Both the position numbers and the translations under genes were made by a program. A DNA stretch of 58,005 bases from an uncultured Oscillospiraceae bacterium (lineage in GTDB: Bacteria > Bacillota > Clostridia > Saccharofermentanales > UBA5734): positions 16,821-74,825 of the forward strand of contig CAZZGG010000001.1 of assembly GCA_964654125.1 (NCBI GenBank). Direction: 5' to 3'. Positions 9,698 through 18,675 of the stretch are shown piece by piece; position 1 is the first letter of the stretch; the number at the start of each line of letters is the position of its first letter. Below the pieces are notes generated by a model that worked only from the letters and a program-made list of their open reading frames with translations, did no database searches and was not told the origin of the DNA.

Positions 9698-12142
9698 ATG
9701 ATTATGGAAGAGCAATTAAAAAGACAAACGATCAAGTTCACTGAGCTGGCCACCAGCGTAACAGCAGCTGAACTTTTGCGGGGGCGGGCCTATTTTCGCA
9801 ATGGCCGGGTCGACCAGCTTGAAGAGAGCCCGGCTGCTGATCTGCGCTTTTATAAGGCCCGGGTCAGAGCAGCCGAAGACTATCTGGTGCGTTTGGGCCT
9901 GGACCAGAGCCGAGAGACCCTAGTGGTCTGGCAGTGCAGCTGTCCGCTGCCCCAGACCAGTCCCTGCCGCCACGTTCTAGCTGTTTTAGAGCTGGTCAAG
10001 GCTGAGGCCGGCGGAGAGCCGCCCGGCTTACCAGCCAGCAGCCAGGTCCAGCTGCTTTTCCGCTACCAGAAACATGCTGGTACCATTCTTGTTTTGCCCC
10101 GGGTCAGCCTGTTGGATGGAGCTGGCCAGAAGCTGATGAGCTGTAATCCTCTTGATCCACAGGACTTGACTGTCAGCAGCCTGGTGCAGGACAAAAGCAG
10201 CCTGCGCCAAGGCTATCAGTTAGCAGAAGAAGTCAGATTATTTTTGCTGGAGCGGGGCCAGGCCAGCCCGACCGGCTACCTGGTCTTTGAGCTGGCCCAG
10301 CTGCCCTTTCTGGCTGACCGCCTGATTCCGGATCTGCCCGACAGCTGGCGCATTCTTTATGACAGTGAATTCAGCAAGCTGATCCCCAAAGCAAAACTAG
10401 TCCAGTTGGACTTTAGCCAGCTGCGGCGGGAAAGCAATGGTCTTTTATCCTTTGATCTGCAGCTTTATTGTGACAAGCTGGCCGTGTCACTAGAGCAGCT
10501 GCAGGCTTATTTAGCTGGTCAGCAAAGATGGCTCCTGCTGGAGGGCAGTTTTGTTGAGGCTGCCAACAAGGCAGAGCTGCAGGCCCTTTTGAGCCAGCTT
10601 TACCAGCTGCAAGCAAGTGCAGAGGATGCGGAGCGCTATGAACTGGCCCCGGCTGAGCTGGCCAGTCTGGTCCAGGCCGAAGCAGCTGAAAAACTTTACT
10701 TTGACAGATCCTTTGCCGGTCTGCAGCTAAAAGAGCAGCCGGAGCTGGCCTTACCTAAAAAACTGGCCCAAATCTTGCGCCCCTATCAGACCAGCGGCCT
10801 TAATTGGCTGCTTTACCTGCAAAGAAATGGGCTGGGTGGTGTCCTGGCTGATGATATGGGCCTGGGCAAGACCCTGCAGGTCCTGGCCAGCCTGTTGCTA
10901 ATGAAAAGCAGTCGACCGGTTTTAATTGTCTGCCCCAAAACCTTACTCTTTAACTGGCTGCATGAAGCCAGGCGTTTTGTGCCCCAGCTCAAGACCATTA
11001 TTATCCATGGCGCGCCAGTCTACCGGCAAAAGATTTTAGCCCAGGCAGCTGATTTTGATATCTTGCTGACCTCCTACCCGCTTCTTTTGCGGGATATTAA
11101 CAGCTACAATAAGCTGGAGTTTTCCGCCTGTATCCTGGATGAGGCCCAGGTGATCAAGAACCAAAGGACCCAGCTGGCCCGCCATGTCAAGTCAATCAAG
11201 GCCGGGCACCGCCTGGCTTTAAGTGGCACTCCCTTGGAAAACAGCATCAGTGACCTCTGGTCAATCTTTGATTTTGTCCTGCCGGGCTTTTTAGGCAGCC
11301 AGGAACAGTTCCTGCACACCTATGAAGCTGATCCGGCCAGGCTAAAGCAAAAAGTGCAGCCTTTTTTGCTGCGCCGGACCAAGCAGGATGTCCTGCCCCA
11401 GCTGCCCCAAAAGCAGGAGATCACTCTTTATGCGTCTTTAACCCAGAACCAGCTGGCCTATTATCAGCAGACCCTGGCCCGGGTGCGGCAAAGCCTGGCC
11501 CAGGCCGATGAGGGTGGGGCCAACCGGCTGGCGGTCCTGGCCGGGCTGACCAGGCTGCGCCAGATCTGTAATCATCCCGGCCTGCTCCATGCGGCCTATC
11601 GCCCAGTCAAAGGGGTCTCCGGCAAATTAGCCCTTTTTGAAGAACTCCTGGTTAAACTGCTGGCAGCTGGCCACAAGGTGCTGGTTTTCAGCCAGTTTAC
11701 CAGCATGCTGGCAATAATCCGCCGCCAGTTGACTGAAAAGAAGATTCCTTTTGCTTATCTGGACGGCAAGACGAAAGAGCGCCAGGCTGAAGTCGAGCGC
11801 TTTAACCGGGATCCAGAATTGCCTATTTTCCTGATCAGCCTCAAGGCTGGTGGTTTCGGTCTCAACCTGACTTCTGCAGACACAGTGATTATTTTTGATC
11901 CCTGGTGGAATCCCCTGGCCGAAAATCAGGCGGCTGACCGGGTGCACCGGATCGGCCAGGATAAATCTGTCACAGTCTACCGCCTGATCACCCAGGACAC
12001 TATTGAAGAGAAGATGCAGCAACTGCAAAAAAGAAAACTGACGGTTTTTAATGCTGTCCTGGAGCGCCAGACGGGCCAGGCCAGCCAGAAATTTTCTCTG
12101 GCAGAACTGCGTGAGCTATTGGAAATCAGCCAGTCATCATAA
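9698..12142 (+). CDS. SWIM zinc-finger / SNF2-family helicase (YwqA/RapA-like)
   Basis: 814 aa. SWIM CxCx(n)CxH motif (WQCSCPLPQTSPCRHVLAV). SNF2_N motifs (LADDMGLGKTLQ, ILDEAQVIKN, LSGTPLEN). Helicase_C motifs (LISLKAGGFGLNLTSADTVIIFDPWWNP, QAADRVHRIGQ). An alternative ATG exists at 9704. Confidence 0.9.
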   Translation: MIMEEQLKRQTIKFTELATSVTAAELLRGRAYFRNGRVDQLEESPAADLRFYKARVRAAEDYLVRLGLDQSRETLVVWQCSCPLPQTSPCRHVLAVLELVKAEAGGEPPGLPASSQVQLLFRYQKHAGTILVLPRVSLLDGAGQKLMSCNPLDPQDLTVSSLVQDKSSLRQGYQLAEEVRLFLLERGQASPTGYLVFELAQLPFLADRLIPDLPDSWRILYDSEFSKLIPKAKLVQLDFSQLRRESNGLLSFDLQLYCDKLAVSLEQLQAYLAGQQRWLLLEGSFVEAANKAELQALLSQLYQLQASAEDAERYELAPAELASLVQAEAAEKLYFDRSFAGLQLKEQPELALPKKLAQILRPYQTSGLNWLLYLQRNGLGGVLADDMGLGKTLQVLASLLLMKSSRPVLIVCPKTLLFNWLHEARRFVPQLKTIIIHGAPVYRQKILAQAADFDILLTSYPLLLRDINSYNKLEFSACILDEAQVIKNQRTQLARHVKSIKAGHRLALSGTPLENSISDLWSIFDFVLPGFLGSQEQFLHTYEADPARLKQKVQPFLLRRTKQDVLPQLPQKQEITLYASLTQNQLAYYQQTLARVRQSLAQADEGGANRLAVLAGLTRLRQICNHPGLLHAAYRPVKGVSGKLALFEELLVKLLAAGHKVLVFSQFTSMLAIIRRQLTEKKIPFAYLDGKTKERQAEVERFNRDPELPIFLISLKAGGFGLNLTSADTVIIFDPWWNPLAENQAADRVHRIGQDKSVTVYRLITQDTIEEKMQQLQKRKLTVFNAVLERQTGQASQKFSLAELRELLEISQSS

Positions 12143-12161
12143 AAAAAAGGAAGGTGATTTT

Positions 12162-13169
12162 ATGCAGGCCTATGCTGTAGTTGCCCAAAGACCCGGTCAA
12201 GTCCAGTATCAGCCGGTCCAGCTGCCCCGGCCCGGAGCCAATGATCTTCTGATTGAAGTCGAGTTTTCCTGGATCAGTAACGGCACCGACGGATCATTTG
12301 TGCGCGGTGAAAGGATTGCCGGTGATACACCGCGCCTGGCCACTGATCCTTTGCCCTTTCCCCATGTGCCCGGTTATCAGAAGGCAGGTCTAATCAGTTA
12401 TGTTGGCCCGGAGGTTAAAGATTTTAAGGTCGGTGACCGGGTTTTTGCCACAGTGTCACAAGTGGAAGGCATGTTTTATCCGACCGGTGGGCATATCAGT
12501 CCGGCACTGACCGGTGCCGACCAGGTCTGGCGGGTGCCGGATCATGTTAGTCTCCTGGAGGTCAGTGGCCTGGTTTTAGCCCAGGTTGGTTATAACTGCG
12601 CCATGCGGCCGCCTGTTCAAGCAGGTGACAAGGTGCTGGTGCTGGGCGATGGCCTGGTTGGCCACTGGGCAGCCCAGGTTTTGGCCTGGCGTGGTGCCAG
12701 GCCGGTTATGCTGGGCCATCATGCCTCAAGGCTTGCTCTGGCCAGCGAATACAATTACTGCCAGACAGTGTTGACGAAAAGGGCAGTCGACCTGACTGAA
12801 CTGGCCGATCTAGCCCCGGACGGATATACAGCTGTTATTGCTACAGCCGGCCAAGTGGCTGATCTAGAAGGGCTTTACCCGGTCCTACGACAGCAGGCCC
12901 ACCTGGTTTCAGCCGGCTTTTATGGCAGCCAGGGCAGGATAGACATACAACAGATGCGGGCCAAGGAATTGACCCTGCATGCCCCGTCCGGCTGGACCAG
13001 GTCCCGGATGGATGAGACCTTGCAGCTAATAGCGACAGGCAAGCTGTTGACCCTGCCCTTAATCAGTCATATTTTTCCAGCTGGCGAGGCTGACCGGGCT
13101 TTTGCTTTGATTTTAGAAAAAAGCACAGATTTTCTGGGCGTTGTCCTGGATTGGAGGAAAAACAAATGA
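12162..13169 (+). CDS. MDR-family (zinc-type alcohol dehydrogenase-like) oxidoreductase, atypical catalytic site
   Basis: The track ORF starts at 12051. ATG at 12162 has the RBS AAGGAAGG upstream and avoids overlap with the helicase. NAD fold VLVLGDGLVGHWAAQV. PGYQ sits where GHE normally lies. Confidence 0.7.
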   Translation: MQAYAVVAQRPGQVQYQPVQLPRPGANDLLIEVEFSWISNGTDGSFVRGERIAGDTPRLATDPLPFPHVPGYQKAGLISYVGPEVKDFKVGDRVFATVSQVEGMFYPTGGHISPALTGADQVWRVPDHVSLLEVSGLVLAQVGYNCAMRPPVQAGDKVLVLGDGLVGHWAAQVLAWRGARPVMLGHHASRLALASEYNYCQTVLTKRAVDLTELADLAPDGYTAVIATAGQVADLEGLYPVLRQQAHLVSAGFYGSQGRIDIQQMRAKELTLHAPSGWTRSRMDETLQLIATGKLLTLPLISHIFPAGEADRAFALILEKSTDFLGVVLDWRKNK

Positions 13170-14128
13170 AGGTTTTGCAAGTAATTGAAGCAGGCAAAAG
13201 CTTGCTTATAGATATGCCTGTACCTCAGCCGGGGCCAGGCCAGGTCCTGATCAAGGTGCTGGCTGTGACCACCTGTCCCCAGTGGGACCTGCACCTGAAA
13301 AACAATCAGCCGATGTTTGTCGGCCACCAGTTCCACTATCCTTATACACCAGGTCAACCGGGTCATGAGGCAGCTGGCCTGGTCGCAGCTGTCGGTCCGG
13401 ATGTAAAAGGCTTCCAGCCCGGCGACCTGGTCTGTGCCTGGAAGGATGCCGGCCACGCCCAGCAGGGCTGCTATGCCCAGTATGTGCTGCATGAGGCTGA
13501 TCATGTCCTGGCTGTGCCGGCCAGCCTGGAAGCTGAGGATGCAGCAGCTTTGGAGCTGGCCATGTGTGTAGCTGCAGTCTTTTTGATGCTGGAGGAGATG
13601 GGTGGCATCAAAGATCACACAGTTGCTGTCAGTGGCCTGGGCCCGGCGGGCCTAGTTGCTGTACAGATGGCCCGGGCAGCTGGTGCCGGGGAAGTGATTG
13701 GCTTTGATTTTAACCCCAAAAGGCAGGCCTTAGCTCTAAAGCTAGGTGCTAGCCAGGTCTTTCATCCTGAGCAAAGCCCCTGGCCAGTCCGGCCTGAACA
13801 AACAGCCATCACCACAGCTATTGACTGTGTTGGTTCTAGCCAGTCAGTTGAGTTTTTAATGGACAGGACGGAAAAAACAGTGGCGCTTTTTGGTGTACAG
13901 CGCGAAAATTATACTTACGCACCACGCCACTATAATAAGCTAAGGCTTTGCGGCTATCAGGGCCACAGTAAGGAGGCAGCTATTTATGCGCTGGATCTGC
14001 TGACCAGTAAAAAACTTGATCTGCGCAGCCTGATCACCCACCATCTGCCCCTAAAAGAATATGACAGGGGCCTAGAACTCCTGGCTAGCCAGGAGGCAAT
14101 CAAGGTCTGCTTTTATCCCTGGGACTAG
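13166..14128 (+). CDS. Zinc-dependent alcohol dehydrogenase family protein
   Basis: GGAGG RBS and ATGA start/stop overlap with the upstream MDR gene. Canonical PGHEAAG motif and SGLGPAGLVAVQMA NAD fold. Confidence 0.8.
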   Translation: MKVLQVIEAGKSLLIDMPVPQPGPGQVLIKVLAVTTCPQWDLHLKNNQPMFVGHQFHYPYTPGQPGHEAAGLVAAVGPDVKGFQPGDLVCAWKDAGHAQQGCYAQYVLHEADHVLAVPASLEAEDAAALELAMCVAAVFLMLEEMGGIKDHTVAVSGLGPAGLVAVQMARAAGAGEVIGFDFNPKRQALALKLGASQVFHPEQSPWPVRPEQTAITTAIDCVGSSQSVEFLMDRTEKTVALFGVQRENYTYAPRHYNKLRLCGYQGHSKEAAIYALDLLTSKKLDLRSLITHHLPLKEYDRGLELLASQEAIKVCFYPWD

Positions 14129-15375
14129 CGTTTGTCAGCCGGATAATAACACCAGACTGCATTGTAGGCTCGCTGGTAAACTGCCATTTTACTGAAGGTG
14201 CCCTTGCTGGCTACACTTCTTTCATAGGCTGCCGGTGTGGAAAAGGCTATCACATAAGCGGGCAGATTGCGGGCACCATTGTAATAGGCATCATAGGCTG
14301 CCCGCATGGCTGTGCTGTTGACCTTGGCCGGTTGGCCGCTGGCAGCTTTCTTATAGACTGAAAAAGCATTTTTACGGCTCAGGACCCCCGTGATGGTGTT
14401 GGGGAAATTCCTGTGCGCAACATGATTCATGATCACACTGGCTACAGCCAGGTAACTTTCGTACTGGCCGTTGCCTTCCATGGCGATAACCCGGGCAAAG
14501 AGCATGAACTCATCTGAGTGCTCTTCTTTTTGCGACTCTTTTTCCGGTGCCGGTGTGGGCTGGATAGTCTCAGCGGGCTCAGGTGCCGGTGTGGGCTGGA
14601 CTGTTTCTGCTGGCACAGTTGTCTGGCTTGTAGTGGTCTGCTTGCTAGTAGTTTGTTTAGTGCTGGTCTGCTTGTTTGTTGTTGCCTTTGTCGTGGTGGA
14701 TTTTGTTGTAGTTGCTTTTGGTGTCGGCGTGGCTGGAGGGGCAATCTTATGAATGCGTTCGAAACTGATCAGGTCAGTTAAGATATAACCTGTTTTACCA
14801 TCAGGGCTGGTGACAGCGGACCAGTAGTTGCCATAGCCGGTGCGGGTCAGTTTATCGCCCATCTCCAGCTTGCTGACCAGGTCAGCATCGGTGCGGGGTA
14901 AGGCACGTAAATTGGCCTTAAAAGCCTTGATGTAGATGGTGGAATCATCAGTGCGAAAGTTGTCCAGGGGCCGGTTCTCCTGAGGAGTGCCGGCAGCATC
15001 TGTTTCAACAGTTGTCCGGGGTGGTCTGAGCTCGGCTAACTTTGTATCCGGCTGATCTGGCTGGGTTGCCTCGGTCTGAACCGGCTCTGCAGTGCTTGTT
15101 ACCGCAGTACTGCTAGCGGTGGTGCTTGCTTCTGTCTGCTTGACGGCTGTCTCTGTATAAGCCAGATAGCGGTCAGGCAGGGTGTAATCAGCCAGCATTT
15201 CAGCTTCGTAAACAAGCTGGGCCTCCTGGTGAGCTTGGTCCGCCACAGAGGCGGTTTCTTGCGGTTGAACTAGCAAAACCTGTTCATTGTCCTGAGCGAC
15301 CCAGATGATCAGGGTCAGCAGCACCAGTATGGCAGCTATCGCTGATAAGACAAGGTGCTGTTTGATTAGTTTCAT
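14125..15375 (-). CDS. Membrane-anchored cell-wall hydrolase (SH3 domain plus SleB/CwlJ-type Hydrolase_2 domain)
   Basis: Start chosen at ATG 15375 (GGAGAG RBS; MKLIKQHLVLSAIAAILVLL transmembrane anchor). SH3-like segment IYIKAFKANLRALPRTDADLV...GYILTDLI. T/K- and P-rich linker. C-terminal ARVIAMEGNGQYESYLAVASVIMNHV... Confidence 0.75.
   Translation of the reverse strand: MKLIKQHLVLSAIAAILVLLTLIIWVAQDNEQVLLVQPQETASVADQAHQEAQLVYEAEMLADYTLPDRYLAYTETAVKQTEASTTASSTAVTSTAEPVQTEATQPDQPDTKLAELRPPRTTVETDAAGTPQENRPLDNFRTDDSTIYIKAFKANLRALPRTDADLVSKLEMGDKLTRTGYGNYWSAVTSPDGKTGYILTDLISFERIHKIAPPATPTPKATTTKSTTTKATTNKQTSTKQTTSKQTTTSQTTVPAETVQPTPAPEPAETIQPTPAPEKESQKEEHSDEFMLFARVIAMEGNGQYESYLAVASVIMNHVAHRNFPNTITGVLSRKNAFSVYKKAASGQPAKVNSTAMRAAYDAYYNGARNLPAYVIAFSTPAAYERSVASKGTFSKMAVYQRAYNAVWCYYPADKR
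14546..14617. repeat. Two tandem copies of a 36-bp repeat inside the hydrolase linker
   Basis: GGTGCCGGTGTGGGCTGGA... recurs at 14546 and 14582. It encodes AETVQPTPAPEP / AETIQPTPAPEK on the minus strand. Imperfect T/K-rich repeats follow to about 14720. Confidence 0.8.
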
Positions 15376-15521
15376 GTATACTCTCCATATTTCTGCTTGG
15401 TTGTCGGCGGACAAGGTATGCAGTAGCGTGATTTTAACAGATATTGCAGCTGATTGGCAAGTCCTGGCCAGTTTTGTGTTAAAATCGCAGTTAAGAATAT
15501 ACTGTTGGCAAGAGGTGGCAG

Positions 15522-17000
15522 ATGCTGGATTGGCGGCGTTTTACCTATCAATCTGAGATCAAAAAAGGCTGGTCAGCGGATCAAAAATTTTGTGTGCAGG
15601 ATGAGTCAGGCCGGAAGTTTTTACTGCGTATCTCACCTGCTCAGCTTTCGGCCCACAGGCAGGAGCTCTTTAACTTGCTGGGTCAGCTGGAAAAGTTGCC
15701 GCTTTCCTTTTCCCAAGCCCAGGAGTTTGGTTATTGCCAGACCGGAGTCTACACCCTTTACCGTTGGATTGAAGGTCAAGACCTTGAACCAATTTTAGCA
15801 GATCTGGCAGTGGACAGGCAAGAGGAACTGGGCTTGGCTGCCGGCCGGATGCTGCGCTTGATTCACACCCTGCCGGCGCCACAGCATCTAGCCAGCTGGC
15901 AGGAGCGTTACAGCGCAAAAATCAGCAGAAAGCTGGCCGCCTATAAAACCTGTGGCCTGGAGCTGAATGGTGCCGCTTGTTTTTTGGATTTTATCGCCAA
16001 TAACAGCCAGCTCCTGGCCAACAGGCCCCAGTGCTTCACCCACGGCGACTACCATATAGGCAATATGATGCTGGCAGATGACCAGCTGGTCATCATTGAT
16101 TTTGATCGCTTTGATTATGCCGATCCCTGGGAGGAGTTTAACCGGATCAGCTGGTGCGCTGCTGTCAGCCCGGAATTTGCCACCGCTAGGATCCAAAGTT
16201 ACTTTGGCGGACAGCCTTCGGAGGAATTTTTCCGCCTGCTGGCCCTCTACATCTCGGTCAATGCTATCTCGTCCCTGCCCTGGGCCATCCCTTTTGGCCC
16301 AGCAGAGATTGCTGTCATGCAAGAGCAGGCCGCCACTATCTTGAGCTGGTATGACAGGATGCAAGACCCGATTCCAGCTTGGTATAAGTGGAGCCGTGAT
16401 GCAAGGCCTGTGCGCCACCACTACGATTTGCTGCTCCAGGAGGGTGATGATCCTTTTCATGATGGACCTGAGTTGAGGGCCCATATGGCGAAATTTGATG
16501 GCCAACCTTTTATTGAGGCCCTGGCGCTAGCAAAAACAGACTTGGTGCTGGAAGTTGGTGTGGGCACAGGCCGCCTGGCCAGCCAGATTCTAGACAAATG
16601 CCAAAAGCTGACCGGGATTGATCTTTCAGCAGCAACTCTGGCTAGGGCCCGGCAGAATCTGGTTGACCAGGCCAAGCTGGAGCTACATGCCGGCAACTTC
16701 CTGACTTATAACTTTAGCGGCCAATTCAACCTGATTTATTCATCCCTGACCTTGTGGCATATCCGGGACAAGGCAGCCTTTTATAAAAAAGCCGCCCAAC
16801 TCCTTTTACCAGGCGGCCGACTCGTTTTTACGATCAGCCGGAACCAGGCAAGCACACTAGACTTTCCGGGCCGCCAGCTGGAGCTCTATCCAGACAGTCC
16901 TGAACAAACCAAAAATCTGCTTGAGGCCACTGGTTTAAGAGTAACAAGAGAGCAGGAGACGGAATACTCCTATATTTTTGCGGCTGAGAAAAAGCACTAA
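15522..17000 (+). CDS. Fusion protein: aminoglycoside/choline-kinase-type phosphotransferase (APH) domain plus class I SAM-dependent methyltransferase domain
   Basis: 492 aa. APH catalytic region HGDYHIGNMMLADDQLVIIDFDRFDYADPWEEF. C-terminal methyltransferase motif I VLEVGVGTGRLASQIL and GGRLVF. Confidence 0.7.
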   Translation: MLDWRRFTYQSEIKKGWSADQKFCVQDESGRKFLLRISPAQLSAHRQELFNLLGQLEKLPLSFSQAQEFGYCQTGVYTLYRWIEGQDLEPILADLAVDRQEELGLAAGRMLRLIHTLPAPQHLASWQERYSAKISRKLAAYKTCGLELNGAACFLDFIANNSQLLANRPQCFTHGDYHIGNMMLADDQLVIIDFDRFDYADPWEEFNRISWCAAVSPEFATARIQSYFGGQPSEEFFRLLALYISVNAISSLPWAIPFGPAEIAVMQEQAATILSWYDRMQDPIPAWYKWSRDARPVRHHYDLLLQEGDDPFHDGPELRAHMAKFDGQPFIEALALAKTDLVLEVGVGTGRLASQILDKCQKLTGIDLSAATLARARQNLVDQAKLELHAGNFLTYNFSGQFNLIYSSLTLWHIRDKAAFYKKAAQLLLPGGRLVFTISRNQASTLDFPGRQLELYPDSPEQTKNLLEATGLRVTREQETEYSYIFAAEKKH

Positions 17001-17722
17001 CAGCTGTGCTGCAAAATAAATTCCACTAAAGGGGCTGGATCAGGCAGGCCGTGCGGATGGTGGTCAGCACCCGGCTTGATATGCAGCTGCAGGGCTAAGC
17101 CGGCAGCCCTGTAGGCTTCCTCCAGCAGGCGGCCGTTTTCCACATAAGGTACCAGCTGGTCACTGTCACCGCTGACCATGACGACCGGCAACTTGTGCCG
17201 GACCAGTTCCGGTAAAAGATGCAGGGGCATTTCTCGGTAGCAAATCAACTGGGACATGCTGGCCAGGCCTAAAGCAGCCAGGAGTTCTTTTTTGCCTTCA
17301 GCACCGTTTAAAGGTTGGGCCAAACCCAGGCCGAGTGGGCAGCTGAAGAAGTTAAGAACTGGTGCATCCAGATAAAGGCAGGAGACCAGTTCTGGATAAT
17401 AAGTGGCCAGTTTGAGGGCGATCAGGCCACCACAGCTCATGCCAACCAGGACAGCAGGCTGGTTCAGGCCAAAATCTAAAGCAAGATAGCGCAAAAAAGC
17501 TGCCTGGCGGTCCAGGTCGGGCCTGGTAGCCCAACGATTGTTGTTCTGGACATAAGCCAGATGGAAACCGGCTTGTAGCAAGGCCAGTTCAGTCTCGGGA
17601 AAGGCTGCCCAGTACTCTGTCTTTAAAGCCAGGCAGCCATTGGCCCGCTGGGGCTGGACCAGAATGGCGGGTTTTCCCTGGAAAGAGAAGTCCAGCCGGG
17701 CAAAACCAAACCAGTCTGCCAT
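16997..17722 (-). CDS. Alpha/beta hydrolase
   Basis: 241 aa. Nucleophile elbow LVGMSCGG, a late SGDSDQLVP motif and GADHHPH. Confidence 0.65.
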   Translation of the reverse strand: MADWFGFARLDFSFQGKPAILVQPQRANGCLALKTEYWAAFPETELALLQAGFHLAYVQNNNRWATRPDLDRQAAFLRYLALDFGLNQPAVLVGMSCGGLIALKLATYYPELVSCLYLDAPVLNFFSCPLGLGLAQPLNGAEGKKELLAALGLASMSQLICYREMPLHLLPELVRHKLPVVMVSGDSDQLVPYVENGRLLEEAYRAAGLALQLHIKPGADHHPHGLPDPAPLVEFILQHSC

Positions 17723-17723
17723 C

Positions 17724-18551
17724 CTAAACCTCTAGTGAGCAGCCATCATAGGCGACTAAAAAGCCCAGCTCTTTGGCTACAGGCACCAGTTCGTCGTGGA
17801 TCAGGCCGCCATTATGGGAGAAGTGGTTCACAACAAAAGTCGTGTCGGCGTGGGCCAGGCCTTCAGCAACTAATCTAGCTTTGACCTCAGAGCAGGCGGC
17901 CAGGCCCATATGGCCGCGCCGGCCCGGCAGCTGGATGTTGGTGCAGTCGAGGCTGACCAGATCAAAACTCATTTTTTGGTCCGCCATATACTGCCAGGTC
18001 ACATCAGGGAAGTAGCCAGTGTCATGGGCATAGAGCAGGCTGCGTCCACCCTTGCTGATGGTATAGATGACTGGCTCCGTGGTGGGGCCATGGTCCGCCT
18101 CTAAGGGAACAACTGCATATGCACCGGCAGTGAAAGGCTGGAAGGCCCTGATCAGCTGGCAGCTGGTCGGATCCTCTGCATCTTGATTTTTTGTGACAAT
18201 CGGCTCAATTTGTAAATAAGCAGGCACTGTGGCATAGATCACCAGGCCGTCCTTGGTCTGGCGATGGCCATAGACACCTGAACGCATGGCCAGATCCTTG
18301 GGGTAGAGATGGTCGCTGTGGCTGTGCGTGATCAGGCAGTGGGTGACAGACTTAAGATCAAGATCGCCGACTAACACATGATGGTAGGTGTCCGGACCAA
18401 AATCAATCAGGAGGCGGTCGTCGATTACGGCCTGGGAGCGGGTCCTTATGTTAGGCCCACCAGCGGCCTTGGCCCGCCGGCAGTTATCACAATCACAAAA
18501 AAGACCAGGCCAGCCTTCGGCTGCAGCAGTACCTAAAAATTTGATTTGCAT
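17724..18551 (-). CDS. MBL-fold metallo-hydrolase, PhnP-like phosphodiesterase
   Basis: 275 aa. Cys-rich N-terminal Zn site (FCDCDNCRRAK) as in PhnP. HxHxDH motif ITHSHSDH. Confidence 0.75.
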   Translation of the reverse strand: MQIKFLGTAAAEGWPGLFCDCDNCRRAKAAGGPNIRTRSQAVIDDRLLIDFGPDTYHHVLVGDLDLKSVTHCLITHSHSDHLYPKDLAMRSGVYGHRQTKDGLVIYATVPAYLQIEPIVTKNQDAEDPTSCQLIRAFQPFTAGAYAVVPLEADHGPTTEPVIYTISKGGRSLLYAHDTGYFPDVTWQYMADQKMSFDLVSLDCTNIQLPGRRGHMGLAACSEVKARLVAEGLAHADTTFVVNHFSHNGGLIHDELVPVAKELGFLVAYDGCSLEV

Positions 18552-18675
18552 AATAAGCCTCTTTCTAAACTGTTTTTCCTATTGTCGCAAAAGGCCAGCC
18601 AGTCTGTCAAATTAAAAGAAAGCTCAACCATCCACCCAGATTCAGCTATAATCTAGGCGAAGGGGGAGAGGCAAA

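Noticed and set aside
12051-12161. N-terminal extension of the first MDR dehydrogenase ORF, overlapping the helicase 3' end by 92 bp
   Set aside because: The extension (MLSWSARRARPARNF...) is Arg-rich and has no RBS. ATG 12162 has an AAGGAAGG RBS and begins the conserved MDR N-terminus.
13067-13618. 183-aa minus ORF, plus similar long antisense ORFs at 15888-16505, 19984-20481, 26561-27145, 39798-40328 and 41581-42144
   Set aside because: Each lies fully inside a motif-supported gene on the opposite strand. None has a family signature or a convincing RBS, so I treat them as shadow ORFs.
14442-14781. Three ORFs (100, 93 and 87 aa) within the hydrolase linker
   Set aside because: They are generated by the T/K/P-rich repeat DNA. 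Their products are low-complexity (Cys/Leu/Val or Gln/Arg runs). The hydrolase frame is continuous and motif-supported.
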